In this document: in pieces, positions 47,127 through 55,851 of the stretch | How positions within the stretch are numbered: the stretch's first letter is position 1 | Layout: every line of letters begins with the position of its first letter | NCBI GenBank assembly: GCA_043760925.1 | Contig: JAYUOK010000057.1 | Coordinates: 14,939-78,938 of the forward strand | Reading direction: 5' to 3' | DNA: 64,000 nt | Source: Bdellovibrio sp. | Lineage (GTDB): Bacteria > Bdellovibrionota > Bdellovibrionia > Bdellovibrionales > Bdellovibrionaceae | Position numbers and translations under genes: made by a program | Notes under the pieces: generated by a model | Database searches by the model: none | What the model saw: only the letters and a program-made list of their open reading frames with translations | What the model was told of the DNA's origin: nothing

Positions 47127-48050
47127 ATGACCCCTCGCGTACGTGAAATTTTAAGCTGGTATGGAGCCGAAAACATCGGAGTTCTAACAAACATGGCCCG
47201 CATGATGAATTCAGGAAAATTAGCTGGCACCGGTAAACTTGTTATTCTACCGGTTGATCAGGGTTTCGAGCATGGCCCAGCACGTAGTTTCGCGAAAAAT
47301 CCAGACGGCTATGATCCCGCTTATCACTTCGAATTAGCAATCGAATCCGGTTGCAACGCCTACGCGGCCCCGATCGGCGCTTTAGAAGCTTGCGCGCGCG
47401 ATTACGCCGGTGAGATTCCGCTCATCTTAAAAATTAATAACTCAGACGTACTTTACGGATCTAAGGCACCGATCTCGGCATTAACTTCTTCAGTAGAAGA
47501 TGCGCTACGCCTTGGTTGCGCCGGAATTGGTTTCACAATTTACCCGGGCTCACAGCACCGTAAACAAATGTACGAAGAAATCGCTCAAGCTTCCCGTGAA
47601 GCGAAAAAGGCTGGTCTTGCGGTAATCATGTGGGCCTACGCGCGCGGTGATGGTCTTTCTAAAGAAGGCGAAACGGGAATAGATGTCATTGCATATTCAG
47701 CTCATATTGCGGCTCAGTTGGGTGCAAACATTATCAAAGTGAAACCACCGACGGCGCACTTAGAACAAGCTGAAGCAAAAAAAGTTTACGAAACTCAAGG
47801 AATTAAAATTACTCAATTGTCTGATCGTATCCGTCACGTCGTGCAATCTTGCTACAACGGAAAACGCATTGTGATTTTTTCAGGCGGCGATACCAAAGGA
47901 ACGCCCGAGTTATTAGAAGAAGTAAAACAGCTAGCACAGGGCGGAGCATTCGGTAGCATTATGGGCCGCAATGCATTTCAACGACCGAAAAAAGAAGCGA
48001 TCGAGCTATTAAAAAATGTGATGGAAGCTTTTGCGGGGAAATCACTGTGA
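47127..48050 (+). CDS. fbaB: Class I fructose-bisphosphate aldolase (DhnA/FbaB type)
   Basis: GTGKLVILPVDQGFEHGP and the Schiff-base Lys region NIIKVKPP. 307 aa. Confidence 0.8.
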   Translation: MTPRVREILSWYGAENIGVLTNMARMMNSGKLAGTGKLVILPVDQGFEHGPARSFAKNPDGYDPAYHFELAIESGCNAYAAPIGALEACARDYAGEIPLILKINNSDVLYGSKAPISALTSSVEDALRLGCAGIGFTIYPGSQHRKQMYEEIAQASREAKKAGLAVIMWAYARGDGLSKEGETGIDVIAYSAHIAAQLGANIIKVKPPTAHLEQAEAKKVYETQGIKITQLSDRIRHVVQSCYNGKRIVIFSGGDTKGTPELLEEVKQLAQGGAFGSIMGRNAFQRPKKEAIELLKNVMEAFAGKSL

Positions 48051-49537
48051 GTTCTTTTACCGACCCGAACGATAATCCGATCAAAGCTGAAAAAAGAAAA
48101 AAGTTGCACGCGATGCGCGACAAGGGGATTAACCCTTATCCGTACACTTTCGATAAAAATATTCACATCGAAAAATTAATTACAGACTATGCCGACTTGC
48201 AGGCGGGTGAAAAAAAGACTGAAACAAATTTTAAAATCGCCGGCCGCTTAATGACTTTAAGAATGATGGGTAAAGCTAGTTTTTTTAATATCCAAGACGT
48301 GACGGGCTCAATTCAATGTTACATCAAAGTGGAAGAGCTGACAGATATGGACCGCGCCACTTTTGATCTGATCGATCTTGGCGATATCGTTGGTCTTGAG
48401 GGTTATATTTTTAAATCTCAAAAAGGCGAGCTTTCACTTTACGTACAAAAGTTTCAAGTCTTAACGAAAACTCTTGAACCGTTGCCTGAGAAATTTCACG
48501 GCATTCAAGACGTAGAGATTAAGTACCGGCATCGTCATTTAGATTTAATTTCAGATGTTGATTCACGAAAAGTTTTCGTTATCCGCGGAAAGATCATCAA
48601 ATCAATTAAAAAATTTCTAGACGACCGTGGTTTTATGGAAGTCGAAACGCCCGTGCTGCAACCGCTATACGGTGGTGCGGCTGCGCATCCGTTCACGACC
48701 CATCACCGGGCCCTTGATATGAAGCTTTACATGAAGATATCTCCCGAACTTTATTTGAAGCGTTTAGTCGTGGGCGGGTTTGAGAAAGTTTATGAAATCG
48801 GTAAAAACTTTCGTAACGAAGGGATTGATCGTTCTCATAATCCTGAATTCACCATGCTTGAATTTTACGAAGCGTACACAGACTACAATTATCAAATGAA
48901 ACAGTTTGAAGATTTAGTCGCGCAAGTCTGCATGGACATTCACGGTACGACTAAAATGATCTATCAAGAAAAAGAAATTGATTTCAAAACCCCTTGGCGC
49001 CGACTGACCGTTATGGACGGTATCAAACAATACGCTGAAATTAATCCCGACGATGTGTCGGCCTTGGATGCTTACTTAAAAAAGAATTCAGATAAGCCAG
49101 TGAAGTTAGAAAATCTTTCGACGGGCGAAAAGCAAATGAAAGTATTTGAGATCGCCGCCGAACCGCATTTATGGCAACCAACGATCGTGATGGATCACCC
49201 AGTTGAAATTTCACCGCTGACTAAAATTCACCGCAGCAACAATAAATTAGTAGAACGCTTCGAGCCTTTCGCCGCCTGCATGGAAATCGGTAATTCATAT
49301 TCAGAGTTAAACGACCCCGAAGAGCAGCGCGCGCGCTTGAAAGATCAAGAATCAAAACGGGGAGTCGACGAAGAAGCGCATCCGATGGACGAAGACTTTT
49401 TGCACGCGATTGAAACCGGCATGCCACCCACGGGCGGAGTTGGTTTAGGAATCGAGCGCATCGTTATGATCATAACGGATCGCCCCAGCATTCGTGATAT
49501 TATTTTTTTTCCAACGATGAAGATAAACCATAAATAA
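48047..49537 (+). CDS. lysS: Lysine--tRNA ligase, class II
   Basis: OB-fold N-domain plus class II motifs (FRNEGID..HNPEFTMLE, GGVGLGIERIVM). The GTG start overlaps the fba stop (GTGA). Confidence 0.95.
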   Translation: MSSFTDPNDNPIKAEKRKKLHAMRDKGINPYPYTFDKNIHIEKLITDYADLQAGEKKTETNFKIAGRLMTLRMMGKASFFNIQDVTGSIQCYIKVEELTDMDRATFDLIDLGDIVGLEGYIFKSQKGELSLYVQKFQVLTKTLEPLPEKFHGIQDVEIKYRHRHLDLISDVDSRKVFVIRGKIIKSIKKFLDDRGFMEVETPVLQPLYGGAAAHPFTTHHRALDMKLYMKISPELYLKRLVVGGFEKVYEIGKNFRNEGIDRSHNPEFTMLEFYEAYTDYNYQMKQFEDLVAQVCMDIHGTTKMIYQEKEIDFKTPWRRLTVMDGIKQYAEINPDDVSALDAYLKKNSDKPVKLENLSTGEKQMKVFEIAAEPHLWQPTIVMDHPVEISPLTKIHRSNNKLVERFEPFAACMEIGNSYSELNDPEEQRARLKDQESKRGVDEEAHPMDEDFLHAIETGMPPTGGVGLGIERIVMIITDRPSIRDIIFFPTMKINHK

Positions 49538-50082
49538 TGAAAGCTATCTACATCGCCATTTTTCTAGTGCTCAGTTGCCAACAAAAGCCGACCAAGGTGA
49601 TGCAGGAAACCGTCGATGCTTTTGCGGAAAACACCGTGCTAGTCGATACGCGAAACGCTTTTGACTACGCCTCGTTTTATATTCCGGGCAGTGTGAATTT
49701 AAGCACTTCAGAATTTTTAGTGTTGAAAAATCCACTGACCAAGCGGCGGGTGTTAGACCCAGATATCAAGCAAACCATCGAGCGCCTTGCCCGACGAGGA
49801 ATCACACCACAAAAGCGGGTGGTTCTGATTTCTGATAAAGCCGACAGCGTTGAAAATAAAAAGTGGCAGTGGTTACTGCGAAATTTAGAAGTTGAAAATG
49901 TTTCTACTGATACAATTGAAGCGTTTCGGAAAAAATACCCGAACCGGCGTTTTGCCGAACCGGCACGTGAAAGCGTTTGGTCTTTAGAAACCAGTGAAGA
50001 GTTACAGAATGAATTTATCTTTAAAAAATCCTCGGACTGCTTTGTCAGCTGGTCCGAGAAAAAGTGTAATAAAACTTTTTAA
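49537..50082 (+). CDS. Rhodanese-homology-domain lipoprotein, apparently lacking the catalytic Cys
   Basis: Lipobox VLSC. LVDTRNAFDYASFYIPGSVNL. The active-site loop position reads VVLISDKADS, with no Cys. The start overlaps the lysS stop (TAATG). Confidence 0.72.
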   Translation: MKAIYIAIFLVLSCQQKPTKVMQETVDAFAENTVLVDTRNAFDYASFYIPGSVNLSTSEFLVLKNPLTKRRVLDPDIKQTIERLARRGITPQKRVVLISDKADSVENKKWQWLLRNLEVENVSTDTIEAFRKKYPNRRFAEPARESVWSLETSEELQNEFIFKKSSDCFVSWSEKKCNKTF

Positions 50083-50094
50083 TTTAACTTCTGA

Positions 50095-51879
50095 TTACGG
50101 ATTCCACCAGTTGCCCGTCGCAACAAACATGCTGATCAACTGAAGTTCAAAGTCATAATATCCCGTTGCTGGTTTCGTCACACTCAACGTCCATAGTTTA
50201 TCTAGAAACGGTTGGAAGCGGCTATCGATTAAGGCTCCCGCAAGAGCTGGTCCCGAAAATGATGGCGAAGTGTAATCTGTCTGTGGAGTTGACAATGGCG
50301 TACCGTCAAGTTTGTAGCCCATCGTGATCAAGGCCGGATTTCCTCCGGTCTTTGTATTCAAGAAGTCCATCAGCTTTCCTAGAATATCTTTTGATCGGGT
50401 ATCGCCTGAAGTCACATAATCAGAACCTAAGCGCCAAGGAATTCGACACGCATTCCAAGCATAGAAACCTTCAGTTGCAGATTCGATGCGATTTCCTGGC
50501 GAAGGTGCCGGAGCTCCAGGTAGATTATAGATAAAGTCTGGGATCAAACCTGTATTTGGCGCGTACTTGCTTTGCATCAATGCCATCAATTCATAACTTT
50601 TATTAATGACCAAATCCCAGAACACATCGCCCGTCGCTTTTTTGAACGCACGAAAATGGGTAAACATATAATCTGAAGTTCGCGAAAGGTCCGACGTTGG
50701 TCCACCCATTGAGTAACCAGCGGCATTGAAATTTTTTGCTTTCATGGCGTTGATTGTTTTAATTGCTTCTGCTTTGTAATTGATGGCACCGGCTGATCCC
50801 CATTGACGATCGGCCATCAGTAAAGCCATCGCGATATCAAGATCTCCGTCCATTGCGTTATAGCCGCCGCCTGCGCTTGAACAATCATTATTAATACGCC
50901 AGTCCAATAAATTGGGATCAACATTGTAAGCAGGGTGTAAGCGAGCAAATTTGAAAAGTCCGTCAAAATAAGTTTTCGCATTTGCATCGTATCCTGCCAT
51001 CACCACCGTAATAAGCATTCCGTAAGAAATACCTTCAGAAACAGTTGCATATGGATCGTTGAATTTAACGTAGTAACCACCGCAACCGGCAATTAAGATT
51101 CTCTTCCAAGAGTTATAAAGATTTATAACAGCTTGATCTTGCGCCGCTTGCGTTGCGTTCGAAGGTCGAATGCCCGCAACGTATGGAACTAAACGCGAAC
51201 CAAACGGATACCCTAGGCCACCGGTAACCGGCGCAGGTGCGGGTGCTGGCGCTGGAGCCGGTGCTGGAGCTGACGCCGCTGAAGATAATTTTAACGAGAA
51301 ATCATCTACTTGCAAAGTTGAAGTTCCGCCATTTTTCCAGATCCCTATCTGGCCGGTGACTGCGCCTGCAGGAACGGTGAATAGGATATTATGAAGTGAG
51401 TAAGACGAAGATTCAATTTTTACGGATTTTGAAAAAATAGAAACATTTGAAGAGTTTTTGAACGAAACATTAATTTCAGCATATTCTGCTGTATTCGTCG
51501 TTCGCGCATAAGCGGATAACTCGTAGGTGCCACCAACCGAAACTAAAGACATGATATCTCGACCAAGTCCGCCAGCGGCGTGAGCCACTTGAACTGAATA
51601 AGATCCGGTATAAGCTTGGCCACTAACGACCATCGAGTTACCCCAGTCTTGATAAGAAGTCATTCCGCTTTCGAACCCAGGGTTCACGGTGATCAACGAT
51701 CCCGTTACTGGGGCTGGCGTTGGGGCCGGCGCTGGCGCAACGACCGGTGCAGTAACCGGTGCCGTAATTGGAGTGTTGGCTGGTGCACGAACTCTTTTGG
51801 CGGAAGCCAGATTCGGCAAAGAAATAATGATCGGTAGCAAAAGTAAGTGTCTCAGATTAAGCCAATATGTCGATTTCAT
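50095..51879 (-). CDS. Secreted glycoside hydrolase family 8 enzyme with an N-terminal CBM-like beta-sandwich and Pro/Ala linkers
   Basis: GH8 blocks TVSEGISYGML (catalytic Glu) and AMDGDLDIAMALLMADRQW (close to the PROSITE GH8 signature). Signal peptide. Linkers APVTAPVVAPAPAPTPAPV and SAPAPAPAPAPAPAPV. Confidence 0.85.
   Translation of the reverse strand: MKSTYWLNLRHLLLLPIIISLPNLASAKRVRAPANTPITAPVTAPVVAPAPAPTPAPVTGSLITVNPGFESGMTSYQDWGNSMVVSGQAYTGSYSVQVAHAAGGLGRDIMSLVSVGGTYELSAYARTTNTAEYAEINVSFKNSSNVSIFSKSVKIESSSYSLHNILFTVPAGAVTGQIGIWKNGGTSTLQVDDFSLKLSSAASAPAPAPAPAPAPAPVTGGLGYPFGSRLVPYVAGIRPSNATQAAQDQAVINLYNSWKRILIAGCGGYYVKFNDPYATVSEGISYGMLITVVMAGYDANAKTYFDGLFKFARLHPAYNVDPNLLDWRINNDCSSAGGGYNAMDGDLDIAMALLMADRQWGSAGAINYKAEAIKTINAMKAKNFNAAGYSMGGPTSDLSRTSDYMFTHFRAFKKATGDVFWDLVINKSYELMALMQSKYAPNTGLIPDFIYNLPGAPAPSPGNRIESATEGFYAWNACRIPWRLGSDYVTSGDTRSKDILGKLMDFLNTKTGGNPALITMGYKLDGTPLSTPQTDYTSPSFSGPALAGALIDSRFQPFLDKLWTLSVTKPATGYYDFELQLISMFVATGNWWNP
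51230..51271. repeat. Hexanucleotide (GGN GCN)x7 coding repeat = (Ala-Pro)7 linker of the GH8 gene
   Basis: Read directly: ggcgca ggtgcg ggtgct ggcgct ggagcc ggtgct ggagct. Confidence 0.75.
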
Positions 51880-52061
51880 AAATACGTTCCCCTAGTTTGA
51901 TTACAAGAATTACGTGCAAATAAAAAACCAGAAAATACGAGCTGCATTCGAAGTTACGCTTTTTCACCAGGCAAGTTCGTAGAAGTTTTTTACGCTGAAT
52001 ATAAGTTCATCGAAGTGAAGGTAAATTAAAACACAAGAATGGATTTCATCAAATGTCGGAA

Positions 52062-52073
52062 TGAAACGTTTCA
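52062..52073. promoter_or_regulatory. 12-bp perfect palindrome TGAAACGTTTCA in the GH8 upstream region (LacI/GalR-type operator candidate)
   Basis: Read directly. About 185 nt upstream of the GH8 ATG (51879), downstream of the hairpin that follows the preceding gene. Confidence 0.3.
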
Positions 52074-52113
52074 GAAAAATTTCACTTGATTTGGATCGCG
52101 AAAAAAGAATGTA

Positions 52114-52137
52114 CGGCGCTTGATAATTTAAGCGCCG
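52114..52137 (-). terminator. Intrinsic terminator candidate for the 52152..52562 gene
   Basis: On the minus strand: CGGCGCTT-aaattatc-AAGCGCCG, then tacattCTTTTTT. The T-run is displaced about 7 nt from the stem. Confidence 0.4.
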
Positions 52138-52151
52138 ACCGATTAAAAAAA

Positions 52152-52562
52152 TTAATGCCGAACTAAAACAATCTGCTGGTAAGGTGCAGGTAAAGTTAGG
52201 TACATAACGCCCGTGCCATCAAAATAAGCCGTCCAGAAACCGTAATCAAGACTTGCGCGGCAAAAGTGGCGGCCATCTTGTGATACTGTTTCGTGACGGT
52301 TTAAGATTTGAATTTGATTCACATTGTAGTGCACGTGTGATCGCGCAGAAGCGGCTAAGCGGGCTCCGTCATGGAAGCGGCAACGAGTTGTTACTTCGAC
52401 TGTGTGGTAATCAAAGCGAAAATGTAAATTGAACGTGACACCTGGGTGCATGATCGGTTGATAGGTGCGCCAGTTGCCAAGAATCAGCTGATTCGGTACT
52501 GCATTTGCGAATGAAGCGAGTAAAGTTGTTAGTGCGGCAGCTAAAAATAATTTGAATTTCAT
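52152..52562 (-). CDS. Small secreted hypothetical protein
   Basis: GGAGG SD and signal peptide MKFKLFLAAALTTLLASFANA. 136 aa, two Cys, His/Arg-rich. No family recognised. Confidence 0.7.
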   Translation of the reverse strand: MKFKLFLAAALTTLLASFANAVPNQLILGNWRTYQPIMHPGVTFNLHFRFDYHTVEVTTRCRFHDGARLAASARSHVHYNVNQIQILNRHETVSQDGRHFCRASLDYGFWTAYFDGTGVMYLTLPAPYQQIVLVRH

Positions 52563-52629
52563 AAGACCTCCGTTAAACCAGAGGCTATTGAATAATTGAA
52601 CGCGCTGTCAATATCTACGGTGGATTAAC

Positions 52630-53625
52630 TTAAGCTGCCTTCATTTTGAACAGCACTGAATACATCGCTCTTAACATTTCGGGGTCAAAGCGGCCCGATA
52701 ATTTATTTTTCATCATGTTCAAAGCTTCTGACGGATTCATCGGCGTGTTGTAAGAACGCTGCGTGGTCATTGCATCGTACGTATCGGTGAGGGCGACGAT
52801 GCGTCCGAACGGATGAATTTCTTGGCCTGAGATATCTTGTGGATATCCGCCGCCAGACCATGATTCATGATGTTCATAACAAGCGGCCTTGATGGCTTCA
52901 GAGATGTTGGCTTGTTCGTTTAATATTCTTAAACCGAACTGAGGATGCATGCGCATTTGTGCCCATTCATTTTCATCTAGCGGGCCTTTTTTGCAAAGAA
53001 TGTCTAACGAAACATTTCGTTTTCCAACGTCATGAAAAAGTGAACTTTGACCAAGCTCTTCTAAAGTTTTTTTGTCGAAGCCAAGGGCTTGCCCTAAACC
53101 TAAAGAATAAATGCTGACGTCGAAAGAGTGATTGTAAGTGTAGAAGTCATGGCCTGATAGACTGATTAAATTTCCGATTGATTCAGGAGCGATATCCATG
53201 AATTGAATAAGATCAGTGACGATTGGTTTTGAAGCCATCAGGGCTGAGCCCACATCTGGATTTTCAAAAAGGTCTTCAAGTAGTGCGATCGAGCTTTCAC
53301 GTAAGATGCTGGCCTTATCATCGTTAGATATCGTACTTGAATTCATCGAGCTTTTCACGTAATCACGGTAAAACTGCTTATTGTCGTTTGTGACGAAAAA
53401 AGATTCGCCCGTGTCTTTTTGATGAAGTGAGTTCATTTTTTCAAGTTTGAATGAATCACCTTGGCGCAAATAATTGATCATTTTGCCATCAACAAAAATG
53501 TAAACATCAAACGGAACGGGTTCTTGGGGGCGGATTGTGCTTAAACGAATGCGAAAATATTCTGATGTGCTCATAGACAATACTCTATCGTCTTTGTGTG
53601 TTTGACGGATGCTTTTTTTTGACAT
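52630..53625 (-). CDS. HD-GYP domain protein (putative c-di-GMP phosphodiesterase) with an unassigned N-terminal domain
   Basis: FHDVGK and HHESWSGGGYP signatures. Confidence 0.88.
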   Translation of the reverse strand: MSKKSIRQTHKDDRVLSMSTSEYFRIRLSTIRPQEPVPFDVYIFVDGKMINYLRQGDSFKLEKMNSLHQKDTGESFFVTNDNKQFYRDYVKSSMNSSTISNDDKASILRESSIALLEDLFENPDVGSALMASKPIVTDLIQFMDIAPESIGNLISLSGHDFYTYNHSFDVSIYSLGLGQALGFDKKTLEELGQSSLFHDVGKRNVSLDILCKKGPLDENEWAQMRMHPQFGLRILNEQANISEAIKAACYEHHESWSGGGYPQDISGQEIHPFGRIVALTDTYDAMTTQRSYNTPMNPSEALNMMKNKLSGRFDPEMLRAMYSVLFKMKAA

Positions 53626-53636
53626 GAAATCAAACC

Positions 53637-55724
53637 ATGGCCCTTCGTCTAGACACTGACATTCAATATCTTAAAGGAGTAGGACCAAAGCTTGGGGCTT
53701 TGTTCTCGCGCAATGGTATAAAAACAGTTGACCACCTTTTGCAGAATTATCCGCGCGCTTACGAAGACCGGCGGGCCGCAAGAAATATTGCCAGTTTGAA
53801 ACCTGAAGATGTAGTTAGTTTGAAAGCACGAGTCGTGAATGTTTCGGCTTACAATATGGGTAAATCAACCCGTCGTATTTATGATGTCACGATTCGCGAT
53901 GAATCGGGTCAGATCAAATGCAAATTTTTTCGAACGCCCTACAAAGGTTATTTTGAAAGGTTTCAGCCAGGGAAAGAAGTTCGCGTGGTCGGTAAAGTCA
54001 CTGATTACCGCGGCCGAGTTGAATTTCACCACCCCGATTTAAAAGACATCGAGCCTGAAGAAGAAATTCAAGATGCGCTGATTCCTATTTACGTCGAGAA
54101 CGAAGGTTTAAGCTCGGCCAAAATTCATAAGTTGATTCAATCTGTTTTTACGCAAGTAAAAGAGTGGCCCGTTGAAAAACTTCCTTTAGAACTAGTGAAA
54201 AAGTTAGAACTCACCGCACGCGAGCAGGCGTTTTATAAAATTCATCATCCCGAAGCGGAAATGGGGAATTTTTATAACGAGTTTAAATCGCCGGCGCATC
54301 GCCGTTTGATTTTTGAAGAATTTTTTTGGTTAGAACTTTATCTGGCTTCAAAAAAAGCAGGCCTTAAAAGTGAAAAAGGTTTTACGTTCGATAATAAAGA
54401 AATCAAGATTGCGAAATTAATCGAAAACTTACCTTTTAAATTAACGGGCGCGCAGTTGCGTTCTTTCGACGAAATTAAAAAGGACCTTATCTCTGGAAAG
54501 CCGATGAATCGGCTTGTGCAAGGGGACGTGGGCTCGGGAAAAACTTTGGTGTGTTTCTTAGCCTGCTTGAAAGCGCACGAATCAAACTTTCAAACTTGCA
54601 TGATGGCGCCAACTGAAATTTTGGCCGAGCAGCATTTTAAAAATGCGGAGAAATTATTAACTCCGCTCGGGGTTCGGGTTGGATTACTAACCGGTAAGAC
54701 TAAAGTGAAAGAGCGAAAAGAAATCGGCGAAAAGCTTGCCAGCGGAGAAATTCATTTTCTGATTGGAACGCACGCACTGATCGAAGATTGGGTGCAGTTT
54801 GAAAACTTGGGCTTAGTGATCATCGATGAACAGCACCGCTTCGGCGTTGCCCAGCGGGGAATTTTAAAAAATAAAGGATCGTCACCGCATTTTTTAATTA
54901 TGACTGCAACGCCAATCCCGCGAACGCTTGCGATGACGGTCTATGGTGATTTAGATGTTTCTGTCATCGACGAAATGCCTATCGGCCGAACTCCCATCCA
55001 GACGCGAGTCACCAACGATTCAAAGCGTCCGGCGGCCTTAAAATTTATGATGGAACATATCGAGCGCGGGCGGCAAGCTTACGTGGTTTATCCGCTGGTT
55101 GAAGAAAGTGAAAAGATCGATTTAAAAAATGCGACCGAAGAATATGAAAAGCTAAAAGCTGAATTTCCAATAGTTCGCTTCGGTCTGCTTCATGGTAGAA
55201 TGAAGTCGGTTGAAAAAGACGCCGTGATGACAGAATTTCGCGAACATAAGATTGATGTTCTAGTTTCAACAACGGTGATCGAGGTGGGGGTCGACGTACC
55301 CAACGCGACAATCATGATGATCGAACATTCAGAGCGCTTTGGACTTTCACAATTACATCAACTTCGCGGGCGGGTCGGGCGGGGCGAGCATAAAAGTTTT
55401 TGTATCTTAATTATGGGTTATGCCATCTCGGAAGAAACTAGAACGCGAATTGAGTTTATGGAAAAAACGACAGATGGGTTTAAGGTTGCTGAATTTGATT
55501 TAGAAATGCGCGGGCCTGGTGAATTCATGGGCGCAAAGCAATCGGGTTTAACGGGATTTAAGATGGCGAATCTAGTGCGCGATTTCGACCTGTTAAAATT
55601 GGCGCGTGATGCGGCCTTCGATATTTTAGCGCGTGACCCGAAATTGATTAAAAAAGAAAATCTACTTTTACGTGAAGAGCTTTTAAAAAGCTACGGCCCA
55701 ACGGCACTTGCTGGCGTAGGATAA
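53637..55724 (+). CDS. recG: ATP-dependent DNA helicase RecG
   Basis: Wedge/OB N-domain, Walker A GDVGSGKT, DEQHRFG, and TATPIPRT plus QLHQLRGRVGRG helicase motifs. Confidence 0.95.
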   Translation: MALRLDTDIQYLKGVGPKLGALFSRNGIKTVDHLLQNYPRAYEDRRAARNIASLKPEDVVSLKARVVNVSAYNMGKSTRRIYDVTIRDESGQIKCKFFRTPYKGYFERFQPGKEVRVVGKVTDYRGRVEFHHPDLKDIEPEEEIQDALIPIYVENEGLSSAKIHKLIQSVFTQVKEWPVEKLPLELVKKLELTAREQAFYKIHHPEAEMGNFYNEFKSPAHRRLIFEEFFWLELYLASKKAGLKSEKGFTFDNKEIKIAKLIENLPFKLTGAQLRSFDEIKKDLISGKPMNRLVQGDVGSGKTLVCFLACLKAHESNFQTCMMAPTEILAEQHFKNAEKLLTPLGVRVGLLTGKTKVKERKEIGEKLASGEIHFLIGTHALIEDWVQFENLGLVIIDEQHRFGVAQRGILKNKGSSPHFLIMTATPIPRTLAMTVYGDLDVSVIDEMPIGRTPIQTRVTNDSKRPAALKFMMEHIERGRQAYVVYPLVEESEKIDLKNATEEYEKLKAEFPIVRFGLLHGRMKSVEKDAVMTEFREHKIDVLVSTTVIEVGVDVPNATIMMIEHSERFGLSQLHQLRGRVGRGEHKSFCILIMGYAISEETRTRIEFMEKTTDGFKVAEFDLEMRGPGEFMGAKQSGLTGFKMANLVRDFDLLKLARDAAFDILARDPKLIKKENLLLREELLKSYGPTALAGVG

Positions 55725-55851
55725 CAAGCAAAACGCCTAAGAGCTGCGCGTTATTCTGAATAAAATCCGACATTCTGCTTCCCTCTGAGTTTTTGCCGTG
55801 TTGGAATTTTTTTATCAAACGATGATGATTAAATGTTCAAGGAGGACACTT

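Noticed and set aside
51170-51895. Several plus-strand ORFs with GAGAGAG-type runs (51170..51394, 51616..51837, 51689..51895)
   Set aside because: They are antisense shadows of the Pro/Ala linkers of the GH8 gene and have no independent support.
51880-52113. c-di-GMP (GEMM-I) or other riboswitch in the long GH8 leader
   Set aside because: The minus-strand sequence lacks the GGCAAA / GACGCAAAGCC-type conserved cores. Only the 12-bp palindrome, reported separately, stands out.
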